Shown: in pieces, positions 47,640-58,422 of the stretch
How the letters are laid out: every line of letters begins with the position of its first letter
Numbering within the stretch: the stretch's first letter is position 1
Assembly (NCBI GenBank): GCA_002839445.1
Contig: PGYB01000011.1
Location: 13,817-77,816, forward strand
Length of the DNA: 64,000 nt
Source: Candidatus Riflebacteria bacterium HGW-Riflebacteria-1
GTDB lineage: Bacteria > Muiribacteriota > Ozemobacteria > Ozemobacterales > Ozemobacteraceae
Direction of reading: 5' to 3'
Translations under genes and position numbers: made by a program
Notes under the pieces: generated by a model
The model's database searches: none
What the model was told of the DNA's origin: nothing
Seen by the model: only the letters and a program-made list of their open reading frames with translations

Positions 47640-47925
47640 CGCGCAGGACGGCTAATTCTTCTCAGGGTCTCAGGGTCTCCGCGCCTCCGCGCGAGACTCT
47701 TCGGCTGCTAACTTAAAATCCTCTCTGAATCTCTGCGACTCTGCGTGAGACTCTTCGGCTGCTAACCTGAAAATTTTCTCTGCGTCTTTGTGCCTTCGTG
47801 CGAGCCTCTTCGGTTGCTTAACTAAAATTCTTCTCTGTGTCTCTGCGGCTTCGTGCGAGGCTCTTCGGCTGATAAACTAAAATTCTTCTCTGTGCCTCCG
47901 CGGCTTCGTGCGAGAATCTTACTCC
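47640..47925. repeat. degenerate tandem repeat, ~58-bp unit x about 4.5
   Basis: The unit is TCTCTGNGTCTCTGCGRCTYCGTGCGAGRCTCTTCGGCTGCTAACYTAAAATTCT, repeated head to tail with about 80% identity between copies. Confidence 0.75.
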
Positions 47926-48356
47926 TCAGACCTGTTCGTGTTTTTTTCGAGGTGGGCGGCGATCATCTGCCACATTGCCACGAAAAACGCCTGGTTCTGC
48001 AGTTCGGGCTCGATGCGCTTGTGCACGGCGTTGACCGGCATGACGATGCTGCCGGTGGTTTCGTCGAGTAGAGCGGTTTCGTTGCCATGGCGGTCTTCAA
48101 TGCGGCACCAGCTGAATCTGAACTGCTTGTGCAGCAGTTCGCCAAATAGGCTGCCAAGACCGCTGGCTATCTCGTCAGCGCTGAACTTTCGAGCGCTTTC
48201 TGGCGAACTGGCCCACAGCGCAAAGACCTGATCAAGCGCCGCGGCATCGATCGCTTTTTCCTTAAGATAAAAGGTGCATATCGCTCGGCCGCGCTCAAGG
48301 CTCTGCGAGAGCCACTGCCGGTCAGCGTTGCTGAACTGATGAATTTGTGTCTGCAT
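47919..48356 (-). CDS. hypothetical protein (145 aa)
   Basis: An ORF with no recognised motif. Confidence 0.5.
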   Translation of the reverse strand: MQTQIHQFSNADRQWLSQSLERGRAICTFYLKEKAIDAAALDQVFALWASSPESARKFSADEIASGLGSLFGELLHKQFRFSWCRIEDRHGNETALLDETTGSIVMPVNAVHKRIEPELQNQAFFVAMWQMIAAHLEKNTNRSEE

Positions 48357-48570
48357 AGTTTTTTGCTTTCCCGATGTTTTAGTGGTAAATATAATAGCAG
48401 ATAGCGGGAGCTAAAACTATTCTGTAAAATGCTACGGCGCAGCAATTGAGCTCCCAATAAGGTGACTGTGGTCTTGAGTGGCGCTTTGATAGCAGAGATT
48501 TTTCTTGACACGTTGCAGCAAAAACAATAGTATCAGCTGACTTGAGACAGGAATGAAATGGAGGCCGGTA

Positions 48571-49842
48571 ATGGTCACTGAGGTTGAAGCAAAGATAATC
48601 CTGGTGCTTAACTGCGGCAGTTCGTCACTTAAATACGATCTGGTCAGAATGCCGCATCGCGTGAGCCTTGGCCGCGGCATTGTTGAGCGCATCGGCGAAG
48701 AAAAAGGCGTGCTGGAACAGCGCTGTGGCGATAATAAGCTGGTGATCGAACAGGCTATTCGCGACCACAAAGAAGCGCTGGAACTGGTGATGCGCGCGAT
48801 TACCGACCCCGATGAAGGTATTGTCAAAAGTATCGTTGAGATCAGCGGCATTGGTCACCGTGTCGTACATGGTGGCGACAAATATTCGTCTTCAGTTGTT
48901 ATCGATCAGGGCGTGGTCGACGCCATCGAAGAGTTCATCGAACTCGCACCGCTGCACAATCCGCCTAACCTCACCGGCATTCTGGTCGCGCGCGAGCTCA
49001 TGCCGAAAGTCTCTCAAGTTGCTGTTTTCGACACGGCGTTTCATCAGACAATGCCGCCGCATGCCTATCTTTACGGGCTGCCGCGCAAGTTTTACGAAGA
49101 ACTTAAGATTCGCCGTTATGGCTTTCATGGCACCAGCCACCGCTATGTTTCGTCGCGCGCCCTGCATCTCTGTCGCCGTCACCCGATCAACACCAACCTG
49201 ATTTCGTGTCACCTCGGCAACGGCGCCTCGGTCACCGCGATCGCGCACGGCAAGTCGATAGATACCTCGATGGGCTTTACGCCGCTCGAAGGCATCATGA
49301 TGGGCACGCGCTCCGGCGACATTGACCCGGCGATTTTTGGTTACCTTATGGACCGCGGTTATTCTGCCAAGGATTTGATGAAGATCCTCAACAAAGAGAG
49401 CGGTCTTCTTGGTTTGAGTGGTCTTTCAAACGATATGCGTGATCTTGAAAAAGCAGCCGATGCCGGGAATCGGCGTGCCAAGGAAGCGATCGAGTGTTAC
49501 GCTTATCGGGTGCGCAAATATATTGGCGCTTATGCTGCCAACCTGGTCAAGCTCGACCTGCTGGTATTCACCGGCGGCATCGGTCAGCATGGCTGGCGCA
49601 TGCGCGAGCGTATCTGCCACCGCCTTGAGAACCTCGGGATCTGCATGAATTATAAATTAAACAAGGAGAAAGGGTCTAATGAGGGAGTCGTATCTGAAGC
49701 GCATTCGCCGGTCACCGTCATCGTGGTGCCGACCAACGAAGAGCTGCAGATCGCCATCGACGTCTATGATCTGGTTTTTGGCGGGGAATCTGAATACCGC
49801 CGGCGCCAGAGCGATATTTCAGTAGGTGTTGAGTCGGCATAA
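48571..49842 (+). CDS. ackA: acetate kinase
   Basis: The N-terminus KIILVLNCGSSSLKYDL is the acetate/propionate kinase signature. It is about 420 aa. An RBS AATGGAGG lies upstream of the ATG at 48571. Confidence 0.85.
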   Translation: MVTEVEAKIILVLNCGSSSLKYDLVRMPHRVSLGRGIVERIGEEKGVLEQRCGDNKLVIEQAIRDHKEALELVMRAITDPDEGIVKSIVEISGIGHRVVHGGDKYSSSVVIDQGVVDAIEEFIELAPLHNPPNLTGILVARELMPKVSQVAVFDTAFHQTMPPHAYLYGLPRKFYEELKIRRYGFHGTSHRYVSSRALHLCRRHPINTNLISCHLGNGASVTAIAHGKSIDTSMGFTPLEGIMMGTRSGDIDPAIFGYLMDRGYSAKDLMKILNKESGLLGLSGLSNDMRDLEKAADAGNRRAKEAIECYAYRVRKYIGAYAANLVKLDLLVFTGGIGQHGWRMRERICHRLENLGICMNYKLNKEKGSNEGVVSEAHSPVTVIVVPTNEELQIAIDVYDLVFGGESEYRRRQSDISVGVESA

Positions 49843-49863
49843 GGCTTCCTGGCCTGGCTGAAA

Positions 49864-50472
49864 ATGCAACAAACAGTAGAGTATTACGAAAAAAATGCAG
49901 CAGAGCTAAGTGTCAGATATGAGAGCGTCAGCCTTGATTCTTTTCATCAGGCGCTGAACGAGTATTTTGATTCAGGAAGCTGCCTGCTGGAAGTTGGTTG
50001 CGGATCTGGTCGTGACGCTGCCCGCGCCGTAGCCAGCGGATTCGATGTGGCGGCCATTGATGCTTCACACCGGTTGTTGTCTGAGGCGCGCAAGTTGCAC
50101 CCTGAGCTTGATGGCCGCTTGTTTCAGCTGACGCTGCCCTGCCAGCTGCCGTTCGCCGACAAGACTTTTACCGGCTTTTACAGCGTGGCCTGCCTGATGC
50201 ATTTGTCGTCTGACGACTTGCGGTCGGTAATGAGCGAAATTAATCGGGTAGTGCGCTATGGCGGCCTGGTCTCGGTTCCCGCCTGCCGCCCTGATGTTGA
50301 TAGTTCAGGGCTTGACGACAAGGGTCGCGTTTTCAACATGATGCCAGTCAGTGAATGGTTGCGGCTTTTTGCTGCCAGCGGCTTTGTCGGCAGTGTCGGC
50401 TGCGAAGAACCAGACAGCCTCGGCCGTGACGGTATCAGCTGGGTAACCATCTCACTGAAAAACCGCGCCTGA
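49864..50472 (+). CDS. SAM-dependent methyltransferase (class I)
   Basis: LLEVGCGSGRDAARAV is the glycine-rich SAM-binding motif I. Confidence 0.7.
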   Translation: MQQTVEYYEKNAAELSVRYESVSLDSFHQALNEYFDSGSCLLEVGCGSGRDAARAVASGFDVAAIDASHRLLSEARKLHPELDGRLFQLTLPCQLPFADKTFTGFYSVACLMHLSSDDLRSVMSEINRVVRYGGLVSVPACRPDVDSSGLDDKGRVFNMMPVSEWLRLFAASGFVGSVGCEEPDSLGRDGISWVTISLKNRA

Positions 50473-50489
50473 CGCTGTCGCCAGAGAGG

Positions 50490-50891
50490 TCACTCTGCAA
50501 GAAGAAGACCGTGTTGGCAGTAGTCTTTTGCTCGCTTGTCGGCTGAAACAAAGGTCAATTTGTGACGCATGCATTGCCAGATCAGCAGCCGGTCAAAAGG
50601 GTCACGGTGCCCGGCCATCACCGGAAGCTGCCAGAAAGAAGCGAGGTCTTCGCTGTGCATCTCTTGAATCACATAACCGGCTTTTTCGGTTTCCAGCAGC
50701 AGTTGGCTCGGAGTGATTCCGGATAACTCGAGTTTGCCAAGCGAATATTTAAGCGAAATTTCCCAGAACGTGATCTGGCTGACAAACTTAATGCTCTGTG
50801 GCTTTGTCAGGATTCCTTTTACTTTGTCTCCGATGTTTTCAGGAGAAAAGAGGCTCCAGAGAAGGTAATGCGTGTCGACGAGGTAGTTCAT
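50490..50891 (-). CDS. vapC: VapC PIN-domain toxin
   Basis: The N-terminus MNYLVDTHYLLW with PIN acidic residues, and SADKRAKDY at the C-terminus. It overlaps the upstream antitoxin by 4 nt. Confidence 0.75.
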   Translation of the reverse strand: MNYLVDTHYLLWSLFSPENIGDKVKGILTKPQSIKFVSQITFWEISLKYSLGKLELSGITPSQLLLETEKAGYVIQEMHSEDLASFWQLPVMAGHRDPFDRLLIWQCMRHKLTFVSADKRAKDYCQHGLLLAE

Positions 50892-51127
50892 TCGCCAATC
50901 AGATAATCGTCGTCCAGGGCGAAATCTTTTTTTATCTTGCAGGTTGCTTTGTCCGCTAGATTGCCAAGCTTGATGACATTGCGCTGCCGATACTCATCAT
51001 AAGGTACGAGCACGGCCACATTCTCGTTCTTGCGGCCAAAGGCGACAACGATTTCTTCGCCCTGACGCAGCAGGTCGAGAATCATCGAAAACTTTGCTTT
51101 GAGCTCGCCAACATGCATTACTTTCAT
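50888..51127 (-). CDS. Phd/YefM-family antitoxin
   Basis: A 79-aa protein containing EEIVVAFGRKNENVAVLVPYDEY, the Phd/YefM pattern. Confidence 0.65.
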   Translation of the reverse strand: MKVMHVGELKAKFSMILDLLRQGEEIVVAFGRKNENVAVLVPYDEYRQRNVIKLGNLADKATCKIKKDFALDDDYLIGE

Positions 51128-51190
51128 ACTTTAATCATATTTAATTCGTGACAACTTGTCAAGTTGTCACGATATCGTTGATGCGGTGGA

Positions 51191-51916
51191 CTATGACTTT
51201 GGAGCTTTGGGCAGAACGTTGTTCAAGACGATCATCACGCCGACTGACAAAACTCCGAGAATGACAAAAACCGCCAGCATGGTATTGTCACCGGTTTTGG
51301 CCGCGCGAACTTTTGGGGTGTAACCGGCTGCTTTGCGCAATTCCTGCTGTTCATCGGGTATGCAGCCATGATAATCGCAGTAAATTACGGCAGAGTCAGA
51401 GAGGTCGCCGTAACTGCGCAGGTGACAGGATGGCTCAGGCATTACCATTGGCGATTTTACATACTTCGCGGTGACGAGCATGCCGCGGGCGTCGGCAACA
51501 TCGCTGAAATTAAGTGTTTTATACATGGTGGCGTTGTCCATGTTGTACATTTCGACTGCGCCCATGGTTACACGCTGGTAGGCGTAGCATGCTTTCGTTC
51601 GCGCCTCTGCTCGTGAGAGAGCCCGGCCGCCAAAAATTTTGCTCATTAAAGAGCTTTTTTCGCTGGCGATAACTTCAGCAACTGGCGGTTCCAGTATGGC
51701 TTCGGGAACCGGCCCGTACTTGTTGATCATTTCCTGATAGTTCTGCGAGTAGGCCATGACAGCACCAGCCAGCAGCAAAAACAGTGCTATTGCTGAAAAA
51801 AGTGTCTTAAAGCGCATTGTCTGATCTCTCCCATGCTGTGAGGACTTTACGAGATATTCCGTTTGGACTATTTCTCGGGCAAGCTGATCATGATAATTAT
51901 ACAGGCTATCCGGCAC
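51191..51916 (-). CDS. hypothetical exported/membrane-anchored protein
   Basis: A signal-peptide-like segment MRFKTLFSAIALFLLLAGAVMA (likely true start near 51817) and a C-terminal transmembrane helix. Confidence 0.5.
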   Translation of the reverse strand: MPDSLYNYHDQLAREIVQTEYLVKSSQHGRDQTMRFKTLFSAIALFLLLAGAVMAYSQNYQEMINKYGPVPEAILEPPVAEVIASEKSSLMSKIFGGRALSRAEARTKACYAYQRVTMGAVEMYNMDNATMYKTLNFSDVADARGMLVTAKYVKSPMVMPEPSCHLRSYGDLSDSAVIYCDYHGCIPDEQQELRKAAGYTPKVRAAKTGDNTMLAVFVILGVLSVGVMIVLNNVLPKAPKS

Positions 51917-51979
51917 ATTTATCCACAGATTAAAGGATTATCGCTTCCTAAAACCATCTGCAAAATCACCCGGCTGCTG

Positions 51980-53512
51980 TTACCGCGACTCCAGCGCGAT
52001 GCGGTTGCGTTCGAGCAACGAACCATCGGCTCTGAACAGTTCTATAATCGCGTTGGTATAGTCGACTGCTGCTTTTACCTCGGCAATTCTCGCTGCGGTC
52101 AGGTCACGCTGCGCCTGAGCCACCTGAAAAGCTGTAGTTTTACCGACATTGAATTTTACTTCTTCAACGCGCAGCTTTTCGAGCTGTTTCTGGGAAGTCG
52201 CGGCGGTCGCGGTCATCTGCTGAATTGTGCGCTTTACTTCGATAAAAGCCTGAATTACGTCTTCTTTGATGATCTGTTCGAGGTTGCGAATTGATTCAAG
52301 GCGCATTTCGCGTGAGGTTTTCGCGCGTTTGAGCTCAGCGCGGGCAGCACGCCGGCCGCGGCTGATTTCGTAGATAAAGCCGGCATTGATGTCGTAAGAG
52401 CCATGGTTGTCAAGTCTCGCGGATTGGCCCAGGGCATCTGCGTAGCCGCTCTTGCCAATGCTCGCGAAGAAATCGAGTCTGGGCAAAATACCGTTCGCAC
52501 TTTGCACGACATCGAGCGCGTCTTTTTGACTTAACAACTTGGCCTGAGCGAGTTCTGGGCGCTTAAGCAGCGCTGTCTGCAGGTGGTGGTCAAGGTCGAG
52601 TTCATCGGGATGTCTGAGCAAAGGTGCGTCAGTCAGTTCGGGGCGCAGTTTCCAGAAATTTTCGCTGTCATGGTTGATGGCGCGCAACAGGGCAACAGCG
52701 GCGGTTACCGCCTGACTCTCGGCATTGATAAGCTCTTCATATCTGAGAGCAACTTCGGCTTCGGCGGCGGCGGCCTCAGATTCTGCAATGCTGCCGGCTT
52801 CTATACGTCGGCCGGTTTCTTCGCGCTGCCTTTTGGCGAGTTCGAGCGATTCGCTGACGATTTCAAGCTGGCGCAAGCGCAGGTAATACTGCCAGTACAG
52901 GGTTTCAACCCTGGCGGCAAGACCAAGCACAAAGCCCTGCAGTTCAAACTCAGACCAGTCGAGGTCGAGTTCGGCCTTGCGCAGAGACACCAGGTTAACT
53001 GCCCGGCCAGCACCGCGGCGCAGCGGGTGTGCAAGGTTCAGGCCCAGTCTGGTGGCATAGAGGTCGTTCGTTGTTGCAGAGCGGCTTCGCGACTGACTGA
53101 GTTCAAGAGACGTTCTGGTGCCCGAAGTAGTGAGCTGCTCAAGCGATACAGCGGCATTTGTCGTGTTGCTGATTGAGTCGTTGAGCCTGCCCTGCTGTGA
53201 AAGGGACTTTCCGACGCGCTCGCTGCCAGACAACTCGGCGTTCACAGCCGGGTCAAAGCGTGCTTTTTCTTTTTCTACAACGGTTTCGCTGAGCTGTGGC
53301 CGGAAGTTTTCGACATTGAGGGCAAGGTTATTTGATAGTGCGCTGTTGAGCGCATCGTCAAGCGAAATCAGCAGCGCTGATGTGTCGCTGGCGAAGATGT
53401 TAAATGCCCCATACTCCTTGCATACCGATTTCTGCGGATCATCAACTTCAGCTGCCAAGGGCGCAACAGTTAAAATGATCAGTGCCAACGCCGATACAAT
53501 AAGCTTTTTCAT
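51980..53512 (-). CDS. TolC-family outer-membrane efflux protein
   Basis: A 510-aa protein with a signal peptide [21 protein letters not shown] and repeated coiled-coil segments. It is immediately downstream of the RND pump, and its start overlaps the pump's stop. Confidence 0.8.
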   Translation of the reverse strand: MKKLIVSALALIILTVAPLAAEVDDPQKSVCKEYGAFNIFASDTSALLISLDDALNSALSNNLALNVENFRPQLSETVVEKEKARFDPAVNAELSGSERVGKSLSQQGRLNDSISNTTNAAVSLEQLTTSGTRTSLELSQSRSRSATTNDLYATRLGLNLAHPLRRGAGRAVNLVSLRKAELDLDWSEFELQGFVLGLAARVETLYWQYYLRLRQLEIVSESLELAKRQREETGRRIEAGSIAESEAAAAEAEVALRYEELINAESQAVTAAVALLRAINHDSENFWKLRPELTDAPLLRHPDELDLDHHLQTALLKRPELAQAKLLSQKDALDVVQSANGILPRLDFFASIGKSGYADALGQSARLDNHGSYDINAGFIYEISRGRRAARAELKRAKTSREMRLESIRNLEQIIKEDVIQAFIEVKRTIQQMTATAATSQKQLEKLRVEEVKFNVGKTTAFQVAQAQRDLTAARIAEVKAAVDYTNAIIELFRADGSLLERNRIALESR

Positions 53513-56500
53513 GCGGTTGCCTCATCGTCTTGTTTTTTTTCAAAGGGCTTGCTGCGAAATGCCTGCTCAAATTCATAGTAAACTATAGGGATGAACAGCA
53601 GTGAAATGAAGGTTGAACAGATGAGGCCGCCGATAACCGCGCGGGCCATGGGTGCCTGCACTTCTCCGCCTTCGCCAATGCCTATAGCCAGAGGTAGCAG
53701 GCCAAGCATCGTGGTCAGTGCTGTCATCATGATCGGGCGGCAGCGGTCGTGCGTCGCTTCTCTGATAATGCCCATCAGATCAGTACGCCCGGAACTACGC
53801 AGATCGTTGATGTGATCAACCAGCAGAATCGAGTTGTTTACCACGATACCGCCGAGCATGATACAGCCGATGAACGACTGCACGTTCAGCGTAGTGCCGG
53901 TAAAATAAAGCATGGGAATTACCCCGAGCAGTGAAAAAGGCACGGTGAACATGACGATTATCGGGTCGTAAAGGGACTCATATTGCACGGCCATGACCAT
54001 GTATACAAGGATTAACGCGAGGAAGAAGCTGAAAAGCAGCTCTCTGAAAGATTTCTGCTGTTCTTCGTAATCGCCAGCCATAACGATACTGAAATTGGCG
54101 GGAAGCGGTATTTCGCGAAGCTTTTGCTGAACTTCCTGAATTACAAAGCCCAGCGCGCGACCTTCGACGTTGGCAGAGACATTGAGCACACGTTCCTGAT
54201 CGCGGCGCTCGACCTGGGTCGGGCCCTGCTGGCTTTCAATGTGCGCGATGTTGCGCAGCATGACCTGCTTGCCGGCTGAATTGGTAACGGTCATGTTCAA
54301 TATCTCGTCGAGTTTCATGAACTCGGCATCACGTGCCTTGACCAGTATGCGATATTCATCGCCGCCCTCGCGCAGATTGCCGGCACTGCTGCCTGACATC
54401 ATGGTTTCGAGAAACGATGAAACCTTGGCAATAGTCAGTTTCTGGTCGGCTGCTTTGGCGCGGTCGATGACGACGAGACGTTCAGGTACCCCTTTTTCGC
54501 GAGAAAGCTGAACATCGGTGATGCCTTCGACGCCTTTCAGCATTGCCTGCACATCGGCGCCGAGCAGGTCGGCGGTCTTGAAGTCGAAACCGCGAATCTG
54601 AACTTCGAGCTTATCGGCATTGCCAGAGCCCATGCGCATCATAAACATGCCCTGGCCTTCTCTGATTCTAATTACAGCTCCTGGGGTATTCACCAGCTTA
54701 CGGCGAAGTTCGGCAGAAACTGCGGCGCTGCTGCGCTTGCGCTCTTTGCTGCCTTTAAGCGGCACTCTTATCGAGCCGCTGTTCAGTGCTCCTCCTCCTC
54801 CTCCCATACCGCCGCCAACGTTGACAAAAACGGTTTCGGCTTCAGGAACGGTTTCCATGATAACTTTTTCGGCGACGGTAAAGATGCGCTCTACCAGGCT
54901 CAGGCGGGTGCCTTCTTCCAGTTCGAGGTTCACCCGCACTTCGCCTTCGTCAGCTGTTGGCATGAGTTCGGTGCCAATGTTTCTGGCGAGACCGAGAGCC
55001 AGTGCCGATACTATCCCAAGCACGAACACTGCTTTTTTGCGATGTTGCAGTACTACGTCGAGCGCAAAACGATGGGCAGCGAGCAGTGTGTTGATAACCT
55101 TCTCTGAGAAGCGCCGGAAAATTCCCTTTCTGTCATTGCTGATGTTCAAATACCTTGAAGTAAGCATAGGAACGATAGTCAGCGCGATCAGCATTGAGCA
55201 GAGCAGCGAAAAGCCGACGATGTAGGCGAGCTGTTTGAACATTACTCCGGTCATGCCTTCAACAAAAAGCAGTGGCAGAAAGATAACAACCGTGGTCATA
55301 GTACTCGCCAGAACCGGCATGGCGACTTCTGAGCTGCCGGCTATCGCTGCCTGCATCATGCCAAGGCCTCTTTCGCGGTGCCTGAAAATGTTTTCGAGCA
55401 CGACGATCGAGTTGTCGACGAGCATACCGATGCCCAGCGCAACGCCGCCAAGTGACATGATGTTGAGCGTGAAACCGAAGTAATACATCAGAGCGAAGGT
55501 AGCGATAATCGAAACCGGGATCGCCGTGCCGATAATCGCTGTGCTGGCCAGGTTGCCGAGAAACAGCTGGAGAATAACAATAGCCAGAAGGCCGCCATAA
55601 AAGGCCGACGTGCTGACATTGTTGATTGAGCGCTCAATGTATTTGGAACTGTCGACAATAGGTGCCAGCCTGAGCTGAGGAATTTCCTGATTGATTTTTT
55701 CGAGCTCGCTCTTTACCGCTTTGGCGACCGCTACTGTATTGCTGCCAGACTGCTTGTTAACCATTACGCGCACGCCAGGCTTGCCGTTTATGCGAACTAT
55801 GCTGCGTCTTTTTTCCCAGAGGTCGAGTACATTTGCGACGTCGCGCAGTCTGATCAGCTTGCCGGCAGTCTCGCCAATGACCAGGCGTTCGATTTCTTTA
55901 ACATTTTTGAACTCGCCGGGGGTGCGCAGTCGAAGTTCATAATTGCCAGATTCGATCAGACCGGCCGGCAGGTTGAGATTTTCGGCGCGCAGTCGGCTGA
56001 TAACCTGATCTGGCGCAATTCTTAGCGCTCGAACGCGGTTGATGTCGATGTTTACCTGAATTTCTCGCTGGCTGCCGCCCATGACATCAATAGCGGCAAC
56101 TCCTGGAATGCGCTCGATGCGATATTTAACCTGGTCTTCAATGAGATTGAGCATCTGAACCGGGTCGAGATCGCTCGACGCACCAATGATCAATACCGGC
56201 AATGCTGCCGCGTCGAATTTGCGAATGGTCGGGCGTTCGACATCTTCGGGCAGGCGCGCCATGATGCGGTCGATACGGTCGCGCAGGTCGTTAGATGCTG
56301 CGTCGAGATCGATTCCCCAGGCAAATGAAATGCGTACGCGGCTGTTGCCTTCGGTCGAAGTAGAATTGATCTCCTCAACGCCGGGAACCGCGGCGACGGC
56401 CTGTTCTATCGGTCTGGTAATCAAGGTTTCAACTTCTGTCGGGCTGGCATTTGAATAGCGCGCGCTGACCGTGATTGTTGGATAAGTGATGTCTGGCATC

Positions 56501-56607
56501 AGGTCTACAGGCAGTTTATACAAAGAAATTACGCCGAAAATGATAACAATGCACATGATCATTGTTACACCAATTGGGCGCTTTACCGAAATATCAGCAA
56601 GAATCAT
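53509..56607 (-). CDS. RND efflux transporter permease (AcrB/HAE1-like)
   Basis: A 1032-aa protein with 12 transmembrane helices and two large periplasmic loops. The N-terminal pattern [24 protein letters not shown] is typical of AcrB-type pumps. Confidence 0.88.
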   Translation of the reverse strand: MILADISVKRPIGVTMIMCIVIIFGVISLYKLPVDLMPDITYPTITVSARYSNASPTEVETLITRPIEQAVAAVPGVEEINSTSTEGNSRVRISFAWGIDLDAASNDLRDRIDRIMARLPEDVERPTIRKFDAAALPVLIIGASSDLDPVQMLNLIEDQVKYRIERIPGVAAIDVMGGSQREIQVNIDINRVRALRIAPDQVISRLRAENLNLPAGLIESGNYELRLRTPGEFKNVKEIERLVIGETAGKLIRLRDVANVLDLWEKRRSIVRINGKPGVRVMVNKQSGSNTVAVAKAVKSELEKINQEIPQLRLAPIVDSSKYIERSINNVSTSAFYGGLLAIVILQLFLGNLASTAIIGTAIPVSIIATFALMYYFGFTLNIMSLGGVALGIGMLVDNSIVVLENIFRHRERGLGMMQAAIAGSSEVAMPVLASTMTTVVIFLPLLFVEGMTGVMFKQLAYIVGFSLLCSMLIALTIVPMLTSRYLNISNDRKGIFRRFSEKVINTLLAAHRFALDVVLQHRKKAVFVLGIVSALALGLARNIGTELMPTADEGEVRVNLELEEGTRLSLVERIFTVAEKVIMETVPEAETVFVNVGGGMGGGGGALNSGSIRVPLKGSKERKRSSAAVSAELRRKLVNTPGAVIRIREGQGMFMMRMGSGNADKLEVQIRGFDFKTADLLGADVQAMLKGVEGITDVQLSREKGVPERLVVIDRAKAADQKLTIAKVSSFLETMMSGSSAGNLREGGDEYRILVKARDAEFMKLDEILNMTVTNSAGKQVMLRNIAHIESQQGPTQVERRDQERVLNVSANVEGRALGFVIQEVQQKLREIPLPANFSIVMAGDYEEQQKSFRELLFSFFLALILVYMVMAVQYESLYDPIIVMFTVPFSLLGVIPMLYFTGTTLNVQSFIGCIMLGGIVVNNSILLVDHINDLRSSGRTDLMGIIREATHDRCRPIMMTALTTMLGLLPLAIGIGEGGEVQAPMARAVIGGLICSTFISLLFIPIVYYEFEQAFRSKPFEKKQDDEATA

Positions 56608-57872
56608 CGCTGCTGACCGCCTTTCGCGGCAGATGGGCCTTTGCCTTGTCTTTTGCTGCCGCTGTCGGCTTTTGCTGTCGCGGCGGTCTGCCCGGCGAGA
56701 ATGACTGCCATGCCGTCTTCAAGCAGATGATGGCCGATGGTGACTACATCACCAGATAGTGTGGGCGAAGCAATTTCGACAAGCTCTCCTTCGGTGAACG
56801 CGATCTGCACCGGCACAAAATTGGCTGTTTCGTTGGTATGATCGATCAGGAAAACGCCTTCGCGCTCGTTACGGCGAACCAGTGCCGAAGCCGGCACTAC
56901 TGTCGCATGCTCGTGCACCTGATAGATCAGGCGGGCTCTGATAAACATGCCCGGTTTGAGCTGGAAGTCCGGATTGGAGAGCTCAAGCTCGATTCTTGCC
57001 TGGCGCGACGCTTCGTCGAGCATTGGCGATATGCGCGATACCCGCGCATTATAAACGCGTCCGGGCAGTGCTGATATTTCGATTTCGGCATTGAGGCCGA
57101 CTCGGATCTTGAAATAATCCTGTTCGACAACGTCGATGACCGCGGTAAGCGTGGCGATATCGATAACCGATACTATCGGCGTATTGGCTGATATCATCGC
57201 GCCTTCGTTAAGAAAGCGCTCAGCTATGAATCTTCTGCCATTGCTGTCGCTCCATGAAGCACCAACTTTCGCGTAAGAAAGCCTGACCTTTACCGTTTCA
57301 AGAGCGGCTTCTTTCTGGCTCAACAGAGCGCGGTTTACCTGGTGCCTGGCCTGCCGCGTCTTGTGTGCCGCCTGGGCATTCTCGACGTCGACATCAGAAG
57401 AAACTTTCTGTTGCCGCATGGTTTTAACCCGATCAAGCTCGCGCTGCGAAATTTCTAAAAGCCCGCTGCTCTCGTTAAAATTGGCGCGGGCGATTTCCAG
57501 ATCGGCCTCAGCCTGCTTGACGGCCAGCAGCAGTTCTTCATCGTCAAGAGTCGCAACCGTCTCGCCATTGCTGATGCTGTCGCCAATATCGACAAACAGC
57601 TTTTTTAGTCGCCCGGAAATTTTGGGAGCGACCATGAATTTTGACTTTGACTCGATTGAACCGACAAAGCGACCTTCATCAACCAGACTGCTTATTCTCG
57701 CTGCTACGGTCTCAACAGCAACCTTTGCGCCGCCGCCCGGTCCGCGGCGCCCGCCACTCTGGCCTGCCGACTGCCCCTGCATTTTTTGCACGCCATAGAT
57801 AAGTGCACCGGCAATAGCCAGTCCTAACAAGAAGGTCAGCATAAATTTTTTCATTATTCTCTCCTGCCACAT
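56604..57872 (-). CDS. RND efflux periplasmic adaptor (membrane fusion protein, HlyD family)
   Basis: The likely start is MKKFMLTFLLGLAIAG near 57854. Coiled-coil and lipoyl/beta-barrel domains are present. Its stop overlaps the pump's start by 4 nt. Confidence 0.8.
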   Translation of the reverse strand: MWQERIMKKFMLTFLLGLAIAGALIYGVQKMQGQSAGQSGGRRGPGGGAKVAVETVAARISSLVDEGRFVGSIESKSKFMVAPKISGRLKKLFVDIGDSISNGETVATLDDEELLLAVKQAEADLEIARANFNESSGLLEISQRELDRVKTMRQQKVSSDVDVENAQAAHKTRQARHQVNRALLSQKEAALETVKVRLSYAKVGASWSDSNGRRFIAERFLNEGAMISANTPIVSVIDIATLTAVIDVVEQDYFKIRVGLNAEIEISALPGRVYNARVSRISPMLDEASRQARIELELSNPDFQLKPGMFIRARLIYQVHEHATVVPASALVRRNEREGVFLIDHTNETANFVPVQIAFTEGELVEIASPTLSGDVVTIGHHLLEDGMAVILAGQTAATAKADSGSKRQGKGPSAAKGGQQR

Positions 57873-57995
57873 GCTCCCCGCATCTGGTATATCTGATAAT
57901 TTTGTGTGCGTAACTATAGCACAATTTGATTTTACTATTGAACCCGCTTTACATTACTTAACATTGCGGCCATTCCCGTCTCTGCTATCTTCTAT

Positions 57996-58085
57996 TAATC
58001 GTAATCGTAATCGTAATCGTAATCGTAATCGTAATCGTAATCGTAATCGTAATCGTAATCGTAATCGTAATCGTAATCGTAATCG
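57996..58085. repeat. hexanucleotide microsatellite (CGTAAT)x15
   Basis: Fifteen perfect tandem copies of TAATCG/CGTAAT. The six-frame ORF 57871..58143 that reads NRNRNR... is an artefact of this repeat. Confidence 0.95.
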
Positions 58086-58330
58086 CACCTGGGCGCGCCG
58101 TATCCTCGGGCGCCCTGGCACTAGCGCATCCTGCGCGTCGTAATCGCACCTGGGCGCGCCGACCCGGGGAGCCCTGCGGGATACGCTGCTCTAACGGCTA
58201 GCCACTCCCGGTTAAGGACTGCGGGATACGTGGCTCTAATGGCTAAAAGCCATAAGAGCCACCTAAAGAGCAGCCTAATCCTCGGGCGCCCTGGCACTAG
58301 CGCATCCTGCGCGTCGTAATCGTAATCGTT
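58086..58330. repeat. complex GC-rich repeat block containing duplicated 45-mers and palindromes
   Basis: ATCCTCGGGCGCCCTGGCACTAGCGCATCCTGCGCGTCGTAATCG occurs at 58101-58145 and 58279-58323. GTAATCGCACCTGGGCGCGCC occurs twice. CTGCGGGATACGYKGCTCTAAYGGCTA occurs twice. A hairpin GGCTCTAATGGC-taaaa-GCCATAAGAGCC lies at about 58226-58254. Confidence 0.8.
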
Positions 58331-58422
58331 CATACTGACTGCATTTTTTTTGTGGGCTTTCTGAAACAGCTGACTTGAGGTAGAATTAGTGTACTGGTTA
58401 AGACAAGTCACAGGAGTTAGTC

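Noticed and set aside
47640-47925. Possible CRISPR array
   Set aside because: The repeats are about 58 bp, degenerate (about 80%) and directly abutting, with no unique spacers. They are not CRISPR-like. No 28-29-bp I-E repeats are seen anywhere in the window.
57871-58143. An ORF translating to NRNRNRNR...
   Set aside because: It is simply the (CGTAAT)15 microsatellite read in frame, not a gene.
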